Assembly (NCBI RefSeq): GCF_006345805.1
Contig: NC_042998.1
Coordinates: forward strand, 33,108,001-33,172,000
DNA from: Octopus sinensis
Lineage: Eukaryota
Length of the DNA stretch: 64,000 nt
Direction of reading: 5' to 3'
The notes beneath the pieces are model-generated. The model was not told the DNA's origin. It was given only the letters and a program-made list of their open reading frames with translations, and ran no database searches. Both the position numbers and the translations under genes were made by a program. Below are positions 1-12,660 of the stretch, one piece after another. The number at the start of each line of letters is the position of its first letter. The first letter of the stretch is position 1.

Positions 1-170
1 TTCTTTCATCTTATAGTTGTTCCATTCATTATACTGCGACCATTTGAAGGGCATAGCCTGGTAACTATTCTATCGGTGCTTTTTGTCGGACCGCTAAGCT
101 ACTCTCGTACCATACCAACGCCTGTATTCAAGCGGTGTGGGGAACACAAACTCAAAGACACACATACATA
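1..170 (-). mobile_element. SINE-B 3' portion, decayed
   Basis: Matches the 3' half of SINE-B copies elsewhere (e.g. tattctatcggt...accgctaag, caagcggtg). Confidence 0.55.
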
Positions 171-175
171 CATAC

Positions 176-685
176 AAACAAAAATACCCTGTTGTTGATG
201 CTGAAATTCCAATAAAGAGGTCTTGGATCTAGTTTAGAAGCCTGGAAAATGACATACATACATACATACATACATACATACATACATACATACATACATA
301 CATACATACATACATACATACACACATACTAAATACCAATCTTGAGAAAGAGGCTTCTCAAAACCAGAGAGAAGAAAGCTAATTCGAAGACTACAGATCC
401 AATCCATCACTGGAACTGTAAAACTCTGTAAAACTTTCAAGAAGTTTATCATATAAATATATATGAGCATGTCTAGGTATGCAACTATATGCACGAGAAT
501 ACATACATAAAGCAAAACATACAAATCTGCACATACATACATACATACATACATACATACATACATACATACACACAAACAAAAATACCCTGTTGTTGAA
601 ATTCCAACGAAGGAACCTTGGATCTAGGTTAGAAACCGGTTCTTTCTCTATTGGCAAGAAATCTTGAAGTAAAACTGGACATTGG
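176..685 (+). repeat. Two copies (~176-250, ~578-685) of a short interspersed repeat tail separated by (CATA)n tracts
   Basis: aaaaataccctgttgttga...gaaattccaa...ttggatctag occurs twice, each after a CATA microsatellite. Confidence 0.7.
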
Positions 686-1000
686 TATACATAATTTGCG
701 ATGCAGTGTGACTGAACCCGGGACCATATGGTAGGGAAGCAAACATCTTTCCACATAACCACGCCTGCTCCCTTGTTGTACAATACTTCCAAGACACAGC
801 TATAAGTGCAAGGTGTTGGATGATACGTGCGAAAAAACATGGTTATTCACTCATCAGTGAATCCGTAATTAAGCCAAGCGTGTCTTATCTTCTTCAGCAG
901 TGAATGATACGTACGACTAATCGACGATATCTGTGTGTATGTACGAGTGAGCTTATGCGTATGTGTCTTTGTGTGAGTGTGTATGTATGAATTTAATATA

Positions 1001-2881
1001 TATTTCTCTATTACCCACAAGGGGCTAAACATGGAGGGGACAAACAAGGACAGACAAACGGATTAAGCCGATTACATCGACCCCAGTGAGAAACTGGTAC
1101 TTTATTTAATCGACCCCGGAAGGATGAAAGGCAAAGTCGACCTCGGCGGAATTTGAACTCAGAACGTAGCGGCAGACGAAATACCTATTTCTTTATTACC
1201 CACAAGGGGCTAAACATGGAGGGGACAAACAAGGACAGACAAACGGATTAAGCCGATTACATCGACCCCAGTGAGAAACTGGTACTTTATTTATCGACCC
1301 CGGAAGGATGAAAGGCAAAGTCGACCTCGGCGGAATTTGAACTCAGAACGTAGCGGCAGACGAATACCTATTTCTTATTACCCACAAGGGGCTAAACATG
1401 GAGGGGACAAACAAGGACAGACAAACGGATTAAGCCGATTACATCGACCCCAGTGAGAAACTGGTACTTTATTTATCGACCCCGGAAGGATGAAAAGCAA
1501 AGTCGACCTCGGCGGAATTTGAACTCAGAACGTAGCGGCAGACGAAATACCTATTTCTTTATTACCCACAAGGGGCTAAACATGGAGGGGACAAACAAGG
1601 ACAGACCGGATTAAGCCGATTACATCGACCCCAGTGAGAAACTGGTACTTTATTTATCGACCCCGGAAGGATGAAAGGCAAAGTCGACCTCGGCGGAATT
1701 TGAACTCAGAACGTAGCGGCAGACGAAATACCTATTTCTTTATTACCCACAAGGGGCTAAACATGGAGGGGACAAACAAGGACAGACAAACGGATTAAGC
1801 CGATTACATCGACCCCAGTGAGAAACTGGTACTTTATTTATCGACCCCGGAAGGATGAAAGGCAAAGTCGACCTCGGCGGAATTTGAACTCAGAACGTAG
1901 CGGCAGACGAAATACCTATTTCTTTATTACCCACAAGGGGCTAAACATGGAGGGGACAAACAAGGACAGACAAACGGATTAAGCCGATTACATCGACCCC
2001 AGTGAGAAATGGTACTTTATTTATCGACCCCGGAAGGATGAAAGGCAAAGTCGACCTCGCGGAATTTGAACTCAGAAAGTAGCGGCAGACAAAATACCTA
2101 TTTCTTTATTACCCACAAGGGGCTAAACATGGAGGGGACAAACAAGGACAGACAAACGGATTAAGCCGATTACATCGACCCCAGTGAGAAACTGGTACTT
2201 TATTTATCGACCCCGGAAGAGGATGAAAGGCAAAGTCGACCTCGGCGGAATTTGAACTCAGAACGTAGCGGCAGACGAAATACCTATTTCTTTATTATCC
2301 ACAAGGGGCTAAACATGGAGGGGACAAACAAGGACAGACAAACGGATTAAGCCGATTACATCGACCCCAGTGAGAAACTGGTACTTTATCGACCCCGGAA
2401 GGATGAAAGGCAAAGTCGACCTCGGCGGAATTTGAACTCAGAACGTAGCGGCAGACGAAATACCTATTTCTTTATTACCCACAAGGGGCTAAACATGGAG
2501 GGGACAAACAAGGACAGACAAACGGATTAAGCCGATTACATCGACCCCAGTGAGAAACTGGTACTTTATTTATCGACCCCGGAAGGATGAAAGGCAAAGT
2601 CGACCCGGCGGAATTTGAACTCAGAACGTAGCGGCAGACGAAATACCTATTTCTTTATTACCCACAAGGGGCTAAACATGGAGGGGACAAACAAGGACAG
2701 ACAAACGGATTAAGCCGATTACATCGACCCCAGTGAGAAACTGGTACTTTATTTATCGACCCCGGAAGGATGAAAAAGAAAAGTCGACCTCGGCGGAATT
2801 TGAACTCAGAACGTAGCGACAGACGAAATACCACAAAGCATTTCGCCCGGCGTGCTAACGTTTCTGCCAGCTCGCCGCCTT
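1001..2881 (-). mobile_element. SINE-A concatemer: one tRNA-like head plus ten ~184-bp body+tail1 units
   Basis: Units start at 1010, 1195, 1377, 1561, 1742, 1926, 2108, 2294, 2474, 2657; head at ~2830-2881; 13-bp TSD tgaatttaatata at 988-1000 and 2882-2894. Confidence 0.92.
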
Positions 2882-3377
2882 TGAATTTAATATAGAATGC
2901 ATATCTTCCTCGCGGCATGTCGAACTCAAAACGTCATGTGTTAAAATCTGAAATATTCAGATCTGATATGTGGGTTATATGGCGGATGTGCATTACATCA
3001 GCAACGATGTAAGAGGAAATAAAGAAATATTTACTCTTACAAATAGAAGAAAGATTTAAGAAATCCTTTGAAATATAACTGATATTATTAGAGAGAAACA
3101 TAGATGAGACTGTATCATATTTAAGACGTCGGGGAGAACGTCCGCTGAATATCCTAATTATAATTAAATATTAACATATTTACCAAACATACTACGTAGG
3201 CCATTGCTAATTTGAAGGTAATTAGATACCGGGAATGAATATAATTTATTCCAGCTCTCTAATTATGAATCATATTTGTGTACGCTTCAGTTGAAATATA
3301 CACATGCACACGCGCGCACACACACACACATACACACACACACACACACACGCACACATATATATGTATGCATGTAT

Positions 3378-3777
3378 TATTTCTTTTACTTGTTTCAGTC
3401 ATTTGACTGCGGCTATGCTGGAGCACCGCCTTTAGTCGAGCAAATCGCCTTTACGACTTATTCTTTGTAAGCCTAGTACTTATTCTGTCGATCTCTTTAG
3501 TCGAACCGCTAAGTTACAGGGACGTAAACACGCCAACATCGGTTGTCAAGCGATGGTGGCTGGGCGCAAACAAAGATACACAAATACATAATATAACTAT
3601 ATATATATATATATATATATACGACAGGCTTCTTTCAGTTTCCGTCTACCAAATTTACTCACAAGGCCTTGGTCGACACGAGGCTATAGTAGAAAACAGT
3701 TGCCCAAGGTGTCACGCAATGGTACTAAACCCGGAACCACGCAAGCTTCTTACCACACAGCCATGCCTGCGCCTATA
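3378..3777 (-). mobile_element. SINE-B (tRNA-headed, CORE-like domain, internal TA/CA microsatellite)
   Basis: Minus strand gives the family head, an accttgggcaa CORE-like motif and the gcagtcaaatgactgaaacaagtaaaag tail. Confidence 0.85.
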
Positions 3778-4458
3778 TGCATGCATACATACATACATAC
3801 ATACATACATACTTAACTGTGTGTTTACATGTTTCTATATATGTGTGTATATGCACAGAATTTTATACATTTGGAGAACTTTTAGTGATTGAGTTTCTAT
3901 TTACGTTCGTTCCAATCCGTTGTTTTTGCATGAAAAGAATCCCACTTCCAACAAGGCACATAAGGGCGTCTGCCAAGTTCTATAGATAGTGTTTCCTTCA
4001 ACTAACCGATTAGAAATGTCAATTATCCCAAACATATTTCCGCAGATAACATCCATCAGTAAAATTTCCCTCCCTTATGAATGGTGAGAAAATTGCTATC
4101 TGAATATTCTGTTACGGCTCAGGACGGCTCTGATTGAAAAATAACAATTCAAAGATGTGCTACCAAAGGTGTATGTTTCTATAAGCTGCTTCTCGACCAC
4201 GGTTGAGAAGTGACTAATCTAACAATGCGGCCATCACAGCACCTGCCTTTTACAGTTTTGTTTTTGTGGTTTTTTTTCTCTCATTTCCTTTTTTTTCTTT
4301 CTTTTTTCTTCTTGTTTCGATCTGACTGCACACTAACCTGGGAAAAATGACTTCTACTCATGACCTCGGTCTGAACAATATTTAACGAGTGGATTTTTGT
4401 AGACAAAAACTATGCGGAATTCCGCTGCAGCCTACATTTGTGTGTGCTTATATATATA

Positions 4459-4800
4459 CTAGCACTATGACCCGGCGTTGCCGGGTCATAATGCTAGTGC
4501 ATGCATATACAGCTGCTTGCGTGTGCACATACACGCGAGTACTGTCCAAATCTCCGACCAATCACATACAGCTAGCTGGAATTCAATTGGTGTATCAAGT
4601 TTCGGGCATTTTGATTGGGTTTTGGATAGAAAATTCACAAAAAAAGTCACTTCTATTGATTTTTTAATGGCTTTGCGGGGTGACTGGGGAAATGTAAATA
4701 TGTGCACGACGACCCTTGGACGGTTTTGAATGACCATAGAAAGTGCGAGCTCTAATTGAAAAATTGTGGATTTGTATAAAGGACACGCACGCAGACATTT

Positions 4801-4836
<36 letters not shown>
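4459..4836 (-). mobile_element. Non-autonomous Helitron
   Basis: Minus strand ends in hairpin ATGACCCGG-caacg-CCGGGTCAT then AGTGCTAG|T (hairpin 4458-4498); other end runs into (TA)n. Confidence 0.75.
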
Positions 4837-4839
<3 letters not shown>

Positions 4840-4991
4840 GTGAAATAGAAAGATGAATAATCTTGTAGTAGATTAATCAAAAGTTTAACCGATACCTTAG
4901 TAGCAAAAATCACAGCAGTAAACAGCACGGTTGGAGGTACAACCATCTGGCGTTGCAACCGTGCGTTGGTGCGGATAATTGAAATTAAAAC

Positions 4992-5054
4992 ATTATTGGT
5001 GAATTGAAGAAATGGAGCTTGCGTTCAGCTCCATTTCTTCAATTCACCAATAAT
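4992..5054. repeat. Perfect 28-bp inverted repeat with 7-nt loop
   Basis: attattggtgaattgaagaaatggagct / tgcgttc / agctccatttcttcaattcaccaataat, abutting (TA)n. Confidence 0.9.
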
Positions 5055-5069
5055 ATATATATATTATAT

Positions 5070-5137
<68 letters not shown>

Positions 5138-5216
5138 TGCATGTATGCATATATATATGTATATATACATATATATATATACATATATATACATATATAT
5201 ATACATATATATATAC

Positions 5217-5253
<37 letters not shown>

Positions 5254-5259
5254 CATATA

Positions 5260-5290
<31 letters not shown>
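5055..5290. repeat. (TA)n/(TATG)n/(TACA)n microsatellite complex
   Basis: Direct inspection. Confidence 0.95.
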
Positions 5291-5291
<1 letters not shown>

Positions 5292-5829
5292 CACCCACTT
5301 TGAGGAAGTTAGATCCACCTTAGGGATTATATAACCCCCCAAAATATGTGCGTATATATGCACATATATGCATATACATAATACGTGTGTGCTTCAGGGT
5401 GCTGGTGTATGTGTGTGTGTGCATATTGGTGTGTGTGAGTGAGTGAGTGTACATTTGTGTGTGCGAGGATGTGTGGCTGAAATTATGTATAAGTTTATAT
5501 GGCATCTTCCCTGTCTAAATAGAAGACGGTGTGTTCACATCAAATGAGGAGAGGGGTTATGTAATAGGCGTCCTCTTCTGAACAGATGCCAGGGTAGAAA
5601 TAGAAGTCTTGTATATTTACTATTATACATATTATCAATTGTTGTCGAGCATCTTTCGTGCCGAGGGGCGTTTAGAGATGTCTTCGGAACTCGCAACTCC
5701 TCCGGCTTCAGCACCGGCTCTGCCTACGCAAAAATGGGACACTTAAAAAATTATGAAACCGCAAAGAAGTTAAGAAGAGGATGTAGGTTGCATGGTCATA
5801 CACACAGACAGACAGACAGACACAAACAC

Positions 5830-6133
5830 ACACAAACAAACATACACACACTTCACACACGTATGTTTGTCTATATTTATTACATACGTATATATATATA
5901 TGTGCATCTGTGTGTGTGTGCGTGCGTGTCTGTATATATGTGCGAGTGTATATATTCATATATACGTGTGTATATATATATATTATATATATATATATAT
6001 TTATATACACACATAAAGAAACAAATGTACACACACTTGTGTTTATATCTATTACATACGTATATATATATATGCGTGTATATGTGTGTGTTTGTATATG
6101 CGTGTGAGTGTATATATGTATATATTTCTGTGC

Positions 6134-6176
<43 letters not shown>

Positions 6177-6299
6177 AACAAACAAATGTACACACACTTA
6201 TGTGTATATTTATTACATACGTATATATGTGTGCGTGTAGATGTGTGTATATGTGTGTATGCGTGTCTGTATATGTGTGTGAGTGTATATACACATATA

Positions 6300-6342
<43 letters not shown>

Positions 6343-6420
6343 TCATATATATATACACATAGATGCATATATGCAGACAGACACGTGCGCGCGCAGACAC
6401 ATATGCATAGATATAAGCAT
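5830..6420. repeat. Composite minisatellite, about three 160-190-bp units of TA/TG/CA tracts
   Basis: Recurring anchors cacacactt...tattacatacgtatatat near 5845-5890, 6030-6065 and 6190-6225. Confidence 0.7.
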
Positions 6421-6789
6421 ATACATGATAATCCTGAAACATGGAAACTGATGAATAAAGAATACGTGGGTGCATATTTATTTAATATGATGAAGCTGGT
6501 GGAGGTTCTGTTTGAATAATTCCAGAATCTGGGAAACAGATTATGTTCACCGGAAATATACAGAAACCATGAGAAGAACCGAAAATTATTCTTGTATGCG
6601 TGAAGAAAATTTTTTATAAAAATTACTTTTATGTGGTGAAAATGTTCAGACTAACCGAATTATACAGGGCTTCGCAACAAATACAGCAACAATTTTCTGT
6701 CAGCGATAACAATCCTTGGCAAACTATCACGTTGCACCAGTTCCTTCGGCTGTAGGAATTAGTTTCGACCACACTGGTGCCATGTTGTA

Positions 6790-6957
6790 TCAGTTTTTGC
6801 CTTTCCCTTGGATAACATCGGTGGCATGAAGAGGTGGGGCTGGTATGCATGGGTGACTGCTAGTCTTCCATAAACAACCCTACCCAGACTTGTACTTAGG
6901 AGGGTAACTTTCGCGGTACAATCCTATAGCCATTCATGACCGATGGGGTTTTTTTTT
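6790..6957 (+). mobile_element. SINE-C 3' tail fragment
   Basis: gcctttcccttggataa...ggtatgcatggg...gtcttccataaacaac...gggagggtaacttt matches the reverse complement of 7803-7960. Confidence 0.75.
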
Positions 6958-7199
6958 TTTGCCCTTTACAAACTATCAACAGACTTTGTTTAATTAGGCG
7001 GTTAAACATCCATACTGTGTTTTTCTAAGACATAGTAATACTGTGTTATTTTCTAAGACATAGTAATAAAAAAAAAAGACTATCTTTGAAAGGTCTCTGA
7101 GGCTGGTGGGTGTTATATTCTGTGATGCTCTACAAGGTTTTATCTCCCTAGATGGACAGTGTTAACAGCACATGACAGGAAGAGGATAGAAATGATGGT

Positions 7200-7626
7200 C
7201 TCCTAGAATGCGTAAGAAGGAGACTTTGCCATGAGTTTCCCTGTAGTACAGCAGGACTGAGACATCGATGTCCCTTCCCCTACGGACGATATTACCCGGA
7301 TAGCAGTCTGGTAGGTCATTACTCGTCGACGTGGATCCACTCCTACCTGCTAAGAAGTTATTTCAGTGACTTCCACCTCTTTCAAACCATGAAGTCTGTT
7401 TTCATGGGGAAACACTTTTCGGGTGATGAATTTATTTCCGAGATTGCTCCAGACGCAACCTACCGAGCTCTTCAGACGAGGTCTTCACAGCTGCATAAAG
7501 TGATGAGAGAAGTGTGTCGCCATTGGTGGTGGCTATGTAGAGAAGGACTAATAATTATACCAAGTTTCGTTTATCCCAGTCCTTAGGAAGTGGGTCAGGG
7601 GAAATATTTAATGAACACCCCTCGTA
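7200..7626 (+). mobile_element. Mariner transposase 3' remnant with right TIR
   Basis: SDFHLFQTMKSVFMGKHF and KCVAIGGGYVEKD* motifs; ends in taatgaacacccctcg|ta, the inverted match of the TIR at 14526. Confidence 0.75.
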
Positions 7627-7802
7627 TATAATGTTTTCTAACTTTAGTGCCGGGCGAAAAGTCTTTGGAAGAGGAAGCTGTCGAATATGTTGGCTTCAGT
7701 CTTTGACTGGTATTCATACTGACACCGGTTTGTCTTTGCATTTAGTCTTCTTTCTTTTGTCTTCTTTCTTCTTGCGCCAATGAAACACATAAAAGGCCAG
7801 CT

Positions 7803-8135
7803 GAGACCCCCTTCGGTCACGACACAGACCATGGGATTGCACCTAGAAAGTTACCCTCCCAGGTACAAGTCCGGGCAAAGTTGTTTATGGAAGACCAGCA
7901 GTCGCCCATGCATACCGGCTTCCCCTCTCCACGTCACCGATATTATCCAAGGGAAAGGCAACGGCCGATACAGCTTGGCACTAGGGAGGTTGCAACTCAT
8001 TTCTACAGCTGAGTGAACTGGAGCAACGTGAAATAAAGTGTCTTGCTCAAGAACACAACACGCAGCTCGTTCGGGGATTCGAACTCACAACCTCACGATT
8101 GTAAACTCGACGCTCTAACCACTGAGCCATGTGCC
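7803..8135 (-). mobile_element. SINE-C (tRNA head, CORE-like domain)
   Basis: Minus strand: tggctcagtgg A box, gagttcgaatcc B box, gttgtgttcttgagcaagacactttatttcac CORE-like motif. Confidence 0.85.
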
Positions 8136-8164
8136 TTCACTGGTATTAAAAATAACAGATGGAT

Positions 8165-8372
8165 TAACAGAATAGTAGGGACGCTGGGAAAAATGCTTAG
8201 CGGTATTTCATCCATCTTTACATTGAGCTCAAATTCCACCGAGACCGACTTTTGCCTTTAGCATTTTGGGGAGGATAAGATAAGTACCAATTGACCACTA
8301 GGGGGAATGTAATCGACTTACCTCATTGCTCGAAATTGCTGGCCTTCTGCCAAACTTTGAAACCAATATAAG
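8165..8372 (+). mobile_element. Old, diverged SINE-A-like copy
   Basis: gaaaaatgcttagcggtatttc...ctcaaattccaccgag...taagtacc. Confidence 0.6.
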
Positions 8373-8496
8373 TGAATAAATTCCGAGAGGGTGATGTCAA
8401 ATCATGGTCGTATGTCTAATGACTGAAACCAGAGGAAGAGAATAGTATTTTTCCTTCTGCTATCGGTTTGTGTTCAAGAAATATAAATTCAATATA

Positions 8497-9185
8497 CAGG
8501 GTGTAGCGAATGTATTGCCATCTAAATTACGCAAAAACGAAAATAACACTGACATCTCATTTTAAAAGATATATTTACAAACATTGCATAGAAATATCTT
8601 GAAATACTAAAGAGTAAATTTATTCAATATAATCGCCATTGGCTTCAACGATGGCCTCCAGATGACTTCGGAATCTCCTGCAACTCTTCTGGACAGTCTT
8701 CTTAAGCAAGTGAATGCTGCTATAATCCTTGCATTCAGTTCATTTTTGCTGTTAGAAGGATTTTTGTTGGTCTCTCGCTCAACTGTGCTCCACGTATAAT
8801 AAATTAAGGGGGTTGCAGTCTGGAGAGTTAGGTGGTCAGGTACTTGGGGGTGGGGTGATGTGATCATAGAAATTGTCTGACAGCCATGGCTAGGTTCTTT
8901 TGCTTGTGTGTCATGGTGCAGAGTCCTGTTGTCATACATGGGGTCTTCCATCAGCCACTCTCTTGACCCAGGGCAGCACCACCTCTTCCAGGCACTTGAT
9001 GTAGGCCTCCGTGTTGAGTCTGAGATCGTGTGGGAAGATGAATGAAGGCATAACGTCGCCATCACTAGTGATTACTCCAAACACCATGATGTTGACTGGA
9101 TATTTGATTTTTATCACTCTCAGTACATGTCCTCAGATTGCACTGTCCTCAGATGGATACACAAACACTCTGAAATAATCGCATT
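8497..9185 (-). mobile_element. maT/DD37D-type Tc1-mariner transposase remnant with terminal repeat
   Basis: KYPVNIMVFGVITSDGDVMPSFIFPHDLRLNTEAYIKCLEEVVLPWVKRVADGRP; TA|CAGGGTG end at 8495-8503; frameshifted. Confidence 0.85.
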
Positions 9186-9410
9186 GGAGCTTCCAGCGTG
9201 AATGCGAAGCAGAGTGAATTGCGTCATAGTGTTGTTTTTCTCACAGACGGTGCCCAACTGACCCTACTATACTGTGTAGTCGACAAAATCAAAAACAAGC
9301 AATGTGTAAAATTAAAAATATAAGCTGGCGACAATTTACCCATCGCAGCCTTTTTGCATTTTTTTTTACTCCGCATTTTACTCCATACTTTCTCATTATA
9401 CTTCTGTTTT

Positions 9411-9775
9411 AAGGCGGCGAGCTGGCAGAAACGTTAGCACGCCGGGCGAAATGCCAAGCGGTATTTCGTCTGCCGTTACGTTCTGAGTTCAAATTCTGCC
9501 GAGGTCGACTTTGCCTTTCATCCTTTCGGGGTCGATAAATTAAGTACCAGTTAAGCACTGGGGTCGATATAATCGACTTAATCCGTTTGTCTGTCCTTGT
9601 TTGTCCCCTCTGTGTTTAGCCCCTTGTGGGTAGTAAAGAAATAGGTATTTCGTCTGTCTTTACTTTCTGAGTTCAAATTCCGCCGAGGTCGGCTTTGTCT
9701 TTCATCCTTTCGGGATCAATAAATTAAATACCAGTTGCGTACTAGGGTCGATCTAATCGACTAGCCCCCACCCCA
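9411..9775 (+). mobile_element. SINE-A: head-body-tail1-body-partial tail2
   Basis: aaggcggcgagctggcagaaac head; gaaataggtatttc junction near 9638. Confidence 0.88.
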
Positions 9776-10141
9776 GTCGTTCACTTACTACCCTTGTGTT
9801 CAATTTCACCAAACCTTTTTGATTTCTGCACTCAACTGGCAACATCTGGATTCACAATCTGGATACTCGATCAAAATGTCACCTAATCTAAATGAGCCCC
9901 TTGGTGGACAATACGTAGAAAATTTGAGAGGGTCTATAGGGAACATTCACGAATGTTCATAGCATTCTAATGGCAGAAACACAAGAAACAAGTCAATAAG
10001 TTATGGCTGGCATGTTAATGAAATGAAGGCAGATATTTATTTATTTAATAATCCATGTCTAATTGTTTTTGTATATGATAGCATAGAAGAAAAATGATGT
10101 TATATTAATTAAAATGCGGATGTCATGGCTCTTATTGCGAA

Positions 10142-10359
10142 TATTCTTTTCTACTCTAAGCACAAGGACCAAAATTTTGGGGGAGGGGGCCAGTCGATTA
10201 GATCGACTCCAGTACGCAACTGGTATTTAATTTATCGAGCCCGAAAGGATAAGAAGCAAAGTCGACCTCGGCGGAATTTGAACTCAGAACGTAAAGACAG
10301 ACGAAATATCGCTAAGAATTTCGCCCGGCGTGCTAACGCTTCTGCCAGCTCACCGCCTT
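10142..10359 (-). mobile_element. SINE-A monomer with tail2
   Basis: Family match; possible 8-bp TSD cgaatatt (10138-10145, 10360-10367). Confidence 0.85.
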
Positions 10360-10644
10360 CGAATATTGCCGTGGTCGGCCATGCCTTTCATGCCACGTGG
10401 TCATTAAAATAAATATAGCCAAATACTAACCAAGTACTCTTCTTCAAAAAAGGCGGAAGGTGACCTTGTACCAATGTTAAAAACAATATTGCTACCCGGT
10501 AGCAATCGGATGGAATAATCTGTAGATCACCGGGTAATGTGCTTTGAAATACTCAGCTATTTCTGTCTTTATACGTTATATTCTAAGTTCAAATCTTACC
10601 GTGTTTACATTCCTCCAGGGTTGAAAAAATAAACGTGTTAGAAA

Positions 10645-10756
10645 TCCTTTTCTACTCTAGCCACAAGGCCAGAAATTTTGGGGGAGGGGGCCAGTCGATT
10701 AGATCGACCCAGTACGCAACTGGTACTTAATTTATTGACCCCCGAAAGGATGAAAT
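10645..10756 (-). mobile_element. SINE-A tail2 fragment, 5'-truncated
   Basis: cttttctactctag...gtcgattagatcgacc...aactggtacttaattt. Confidence 0.75.
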
Positions 10757-11070
10757 CTGCGACATTTTATTTTTATAAAGAAAACTGATTAATGACCAAA
10801 AAATGTCTACAAGTAAAAAATATTTCTTTTACATTTTCAGAATATGTTACAAATATATACTGACATAAAATAACAAATTCATCTTGAAGAAAAAATAGCA
10901 TTTACACTTTTCTATTTCAGTGGCAAATATCTATATATCATCGGAGGACCGTCGGCACGAAACATTTCAAATATATTGATCTGATAGTCTAGACATAATA
11001 AAGCAAGCAAATATCGAAATGTTAAGCACTGTGTTTTCAAACTATTTTCCCGAAATGTCTAACAAGAATC

Positions 11071-11071
<1 letters not shown>

Positions 11072-11104
<33 letters not shown>

Positions 11105-11156
11105 GGTGGTGGTGGTGGTGGTGGTGGTAGTGGTGGTAGTAGTAGTAGTAGTAGTG

Positions 11157-11191
<35 letters not shown>

Positions 11192-11266
11192 GGTGGTGGT
11201 GGTGGTGGCGGCGGCGGCGGTGGTTGTGGTGGTGGTGGTGGTGTTGGTAGTAGTAGTAGTAGTAGC
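11072..11266. repeat. (GTA)n/(GTG)n trinucleotide tract
   Basis: Direct inspection; source of the poly-Val ORF 11019-11339. Confidence 0.95.
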
Positions 11267-11509
11267 CTGTAAAGTTTTCGGGTGTGAGAAAAGTATTTTA
11301 AGAATATTGTCTTGGCGCCTGAGATACGATTCGAGATAGAAAGGTGAAAGATCTCTTAATTGAAAGCCATGGCGCTGAAATGCTGCTGAAAGTTTTCAAC
11401 GAAGTGAATCAGTGATTCAGTTTCCAATTCCAGGTCACTTAGATTATTCAGGCGTTTGAGAAAGATAGGAAAACCTTGTGTCGCTGTTATCATGTACTAT
11501 CATGTGTTG

Positions 11510-11615
11510 ACTGGTCCTCCGTCGATTACGATGACGAGTGTTCCAGTCAATCAGGTCAACGGAACAGTTTGCTCGTGAAATTAACGTGCAAGTGGTTGAG
11601 CACTCCACAGACACA
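11510..11615 (-). mobile_element. SINE-C variant 3' tail fragment
   Basis: Reverse complement matches gtgtctgtggagtgctcagccactt...ttaatttcacgagca at ~58880-58925. Confidence 0.65.
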
Positions 11616-12445
11616 TTCCATTCCATTTGAAGAGATTCCATTCAAATATTGGCTTTAAAATCTAGCACATGACCAGGAATCTGTGGGAAGGTGCTAAGTC
11701 GATTTCATCGACCATATTTCTCGTGTGGTACTTATTTTATTAACACAAAAAGATGAAAGACAAAATCAACTCCGACGGCATTTGAATTCGGAACGTAAAG
11801 TCGGAAGAAATAAGGCTTAGTATTTTGTCCGGTGCGGTAACAATTCTGCCAATTCGCAGCCTTAGATTCCATTAGAATATTGTAAAGAATGGAAATTAAA
11901 TTTTCTGAGAAATTAACTTTTAATTTTTGAAATTGTTTCCTCTTTTTTTAACTATGACTAACAAATGACGCTAGGGTTTCTTTTTTTTTTTAACACAACT
12001 GAAATTTTAGTTCAGTGAGAATGTTATCGTATACATCAATTTGTTGCACAGACGCCAACTACATAAAGAATTCTGTCAAAGGATTTTCTCCACGTTAGAA
12101 ATTGGAAGAAATTTCGTGATTTAATTCTGTTGAAGTCAAATAAAAACACTGGTATGGTAGGGTATCTGCCATTACACTGATTCAAAACAATTTCCAGCTT
12201 CGATGCGGGTTGTTATTGATTTTATCTCTCCTTGTGTCGATCCTGATAGAGAAGACTTATGACCAAATGCTTTCCAATCACGTATTTATTACTTTTATCA
12301 CGTTTTTATCACTTTTTTTCTTAGCCACATTGTCCGATGTAACATTTTATGAGTGTATGCATGATTTGAGGGAGATTTAGCTGTTATTTCCAGCAAGCAG
12401 AATGAACACATACCTCCTTGATTTGTTTCAATATGTGTTGCTATC

Positions 12446-12660
12446 AAGGTGGCGAGCAGCAAGAAACGTTAGCACGCCGGGCGAAATGCTTGGAGGTACT
12501 TCGTTTATCTTTACGTTCTGAGTTCAGATTCCGCCGAGGTCAACTTTGCCTTTCATCCACTCGGGGTTGATAAATTAAATACCAGTTGCGTAATGGGGTC
12601 GATCTAATCGACTGGCTCCCTCTCCAAAATTTCGGGCCTTGTACCTAGAGTAGAAAAGAA
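12446..12660 (+). mobile_element. SINE-A monomer with tail2
   Basis: Family match; 17-bp TSD aatatgtgttgctatca / aatatgtgtagatatca (2 mismatches). Confidence 0.88.

Noticed and set aside
1271-1456. Recurring ORF MRNWY.IYRPRKDERQSRPRRNLNSE in many places
   Set aside because: Antisense reading of SINE-A, not a gene family.
1001-2881. Regular array as CRISPR or a hammerhead retrozyme
   Set aside because: No unique spacers and no cas genes; the unit has no CUGANGA...GAAA core on either strand; it is a SINE multimer.
5039-6519. Many long ORFs rich in YI/CV/TH, here and at 18152, 19079, 27575, 35623, 42150 and 59578
   Set aside because: Translations of TA/TG/CATA microsatellites, open in several frames on both strands.
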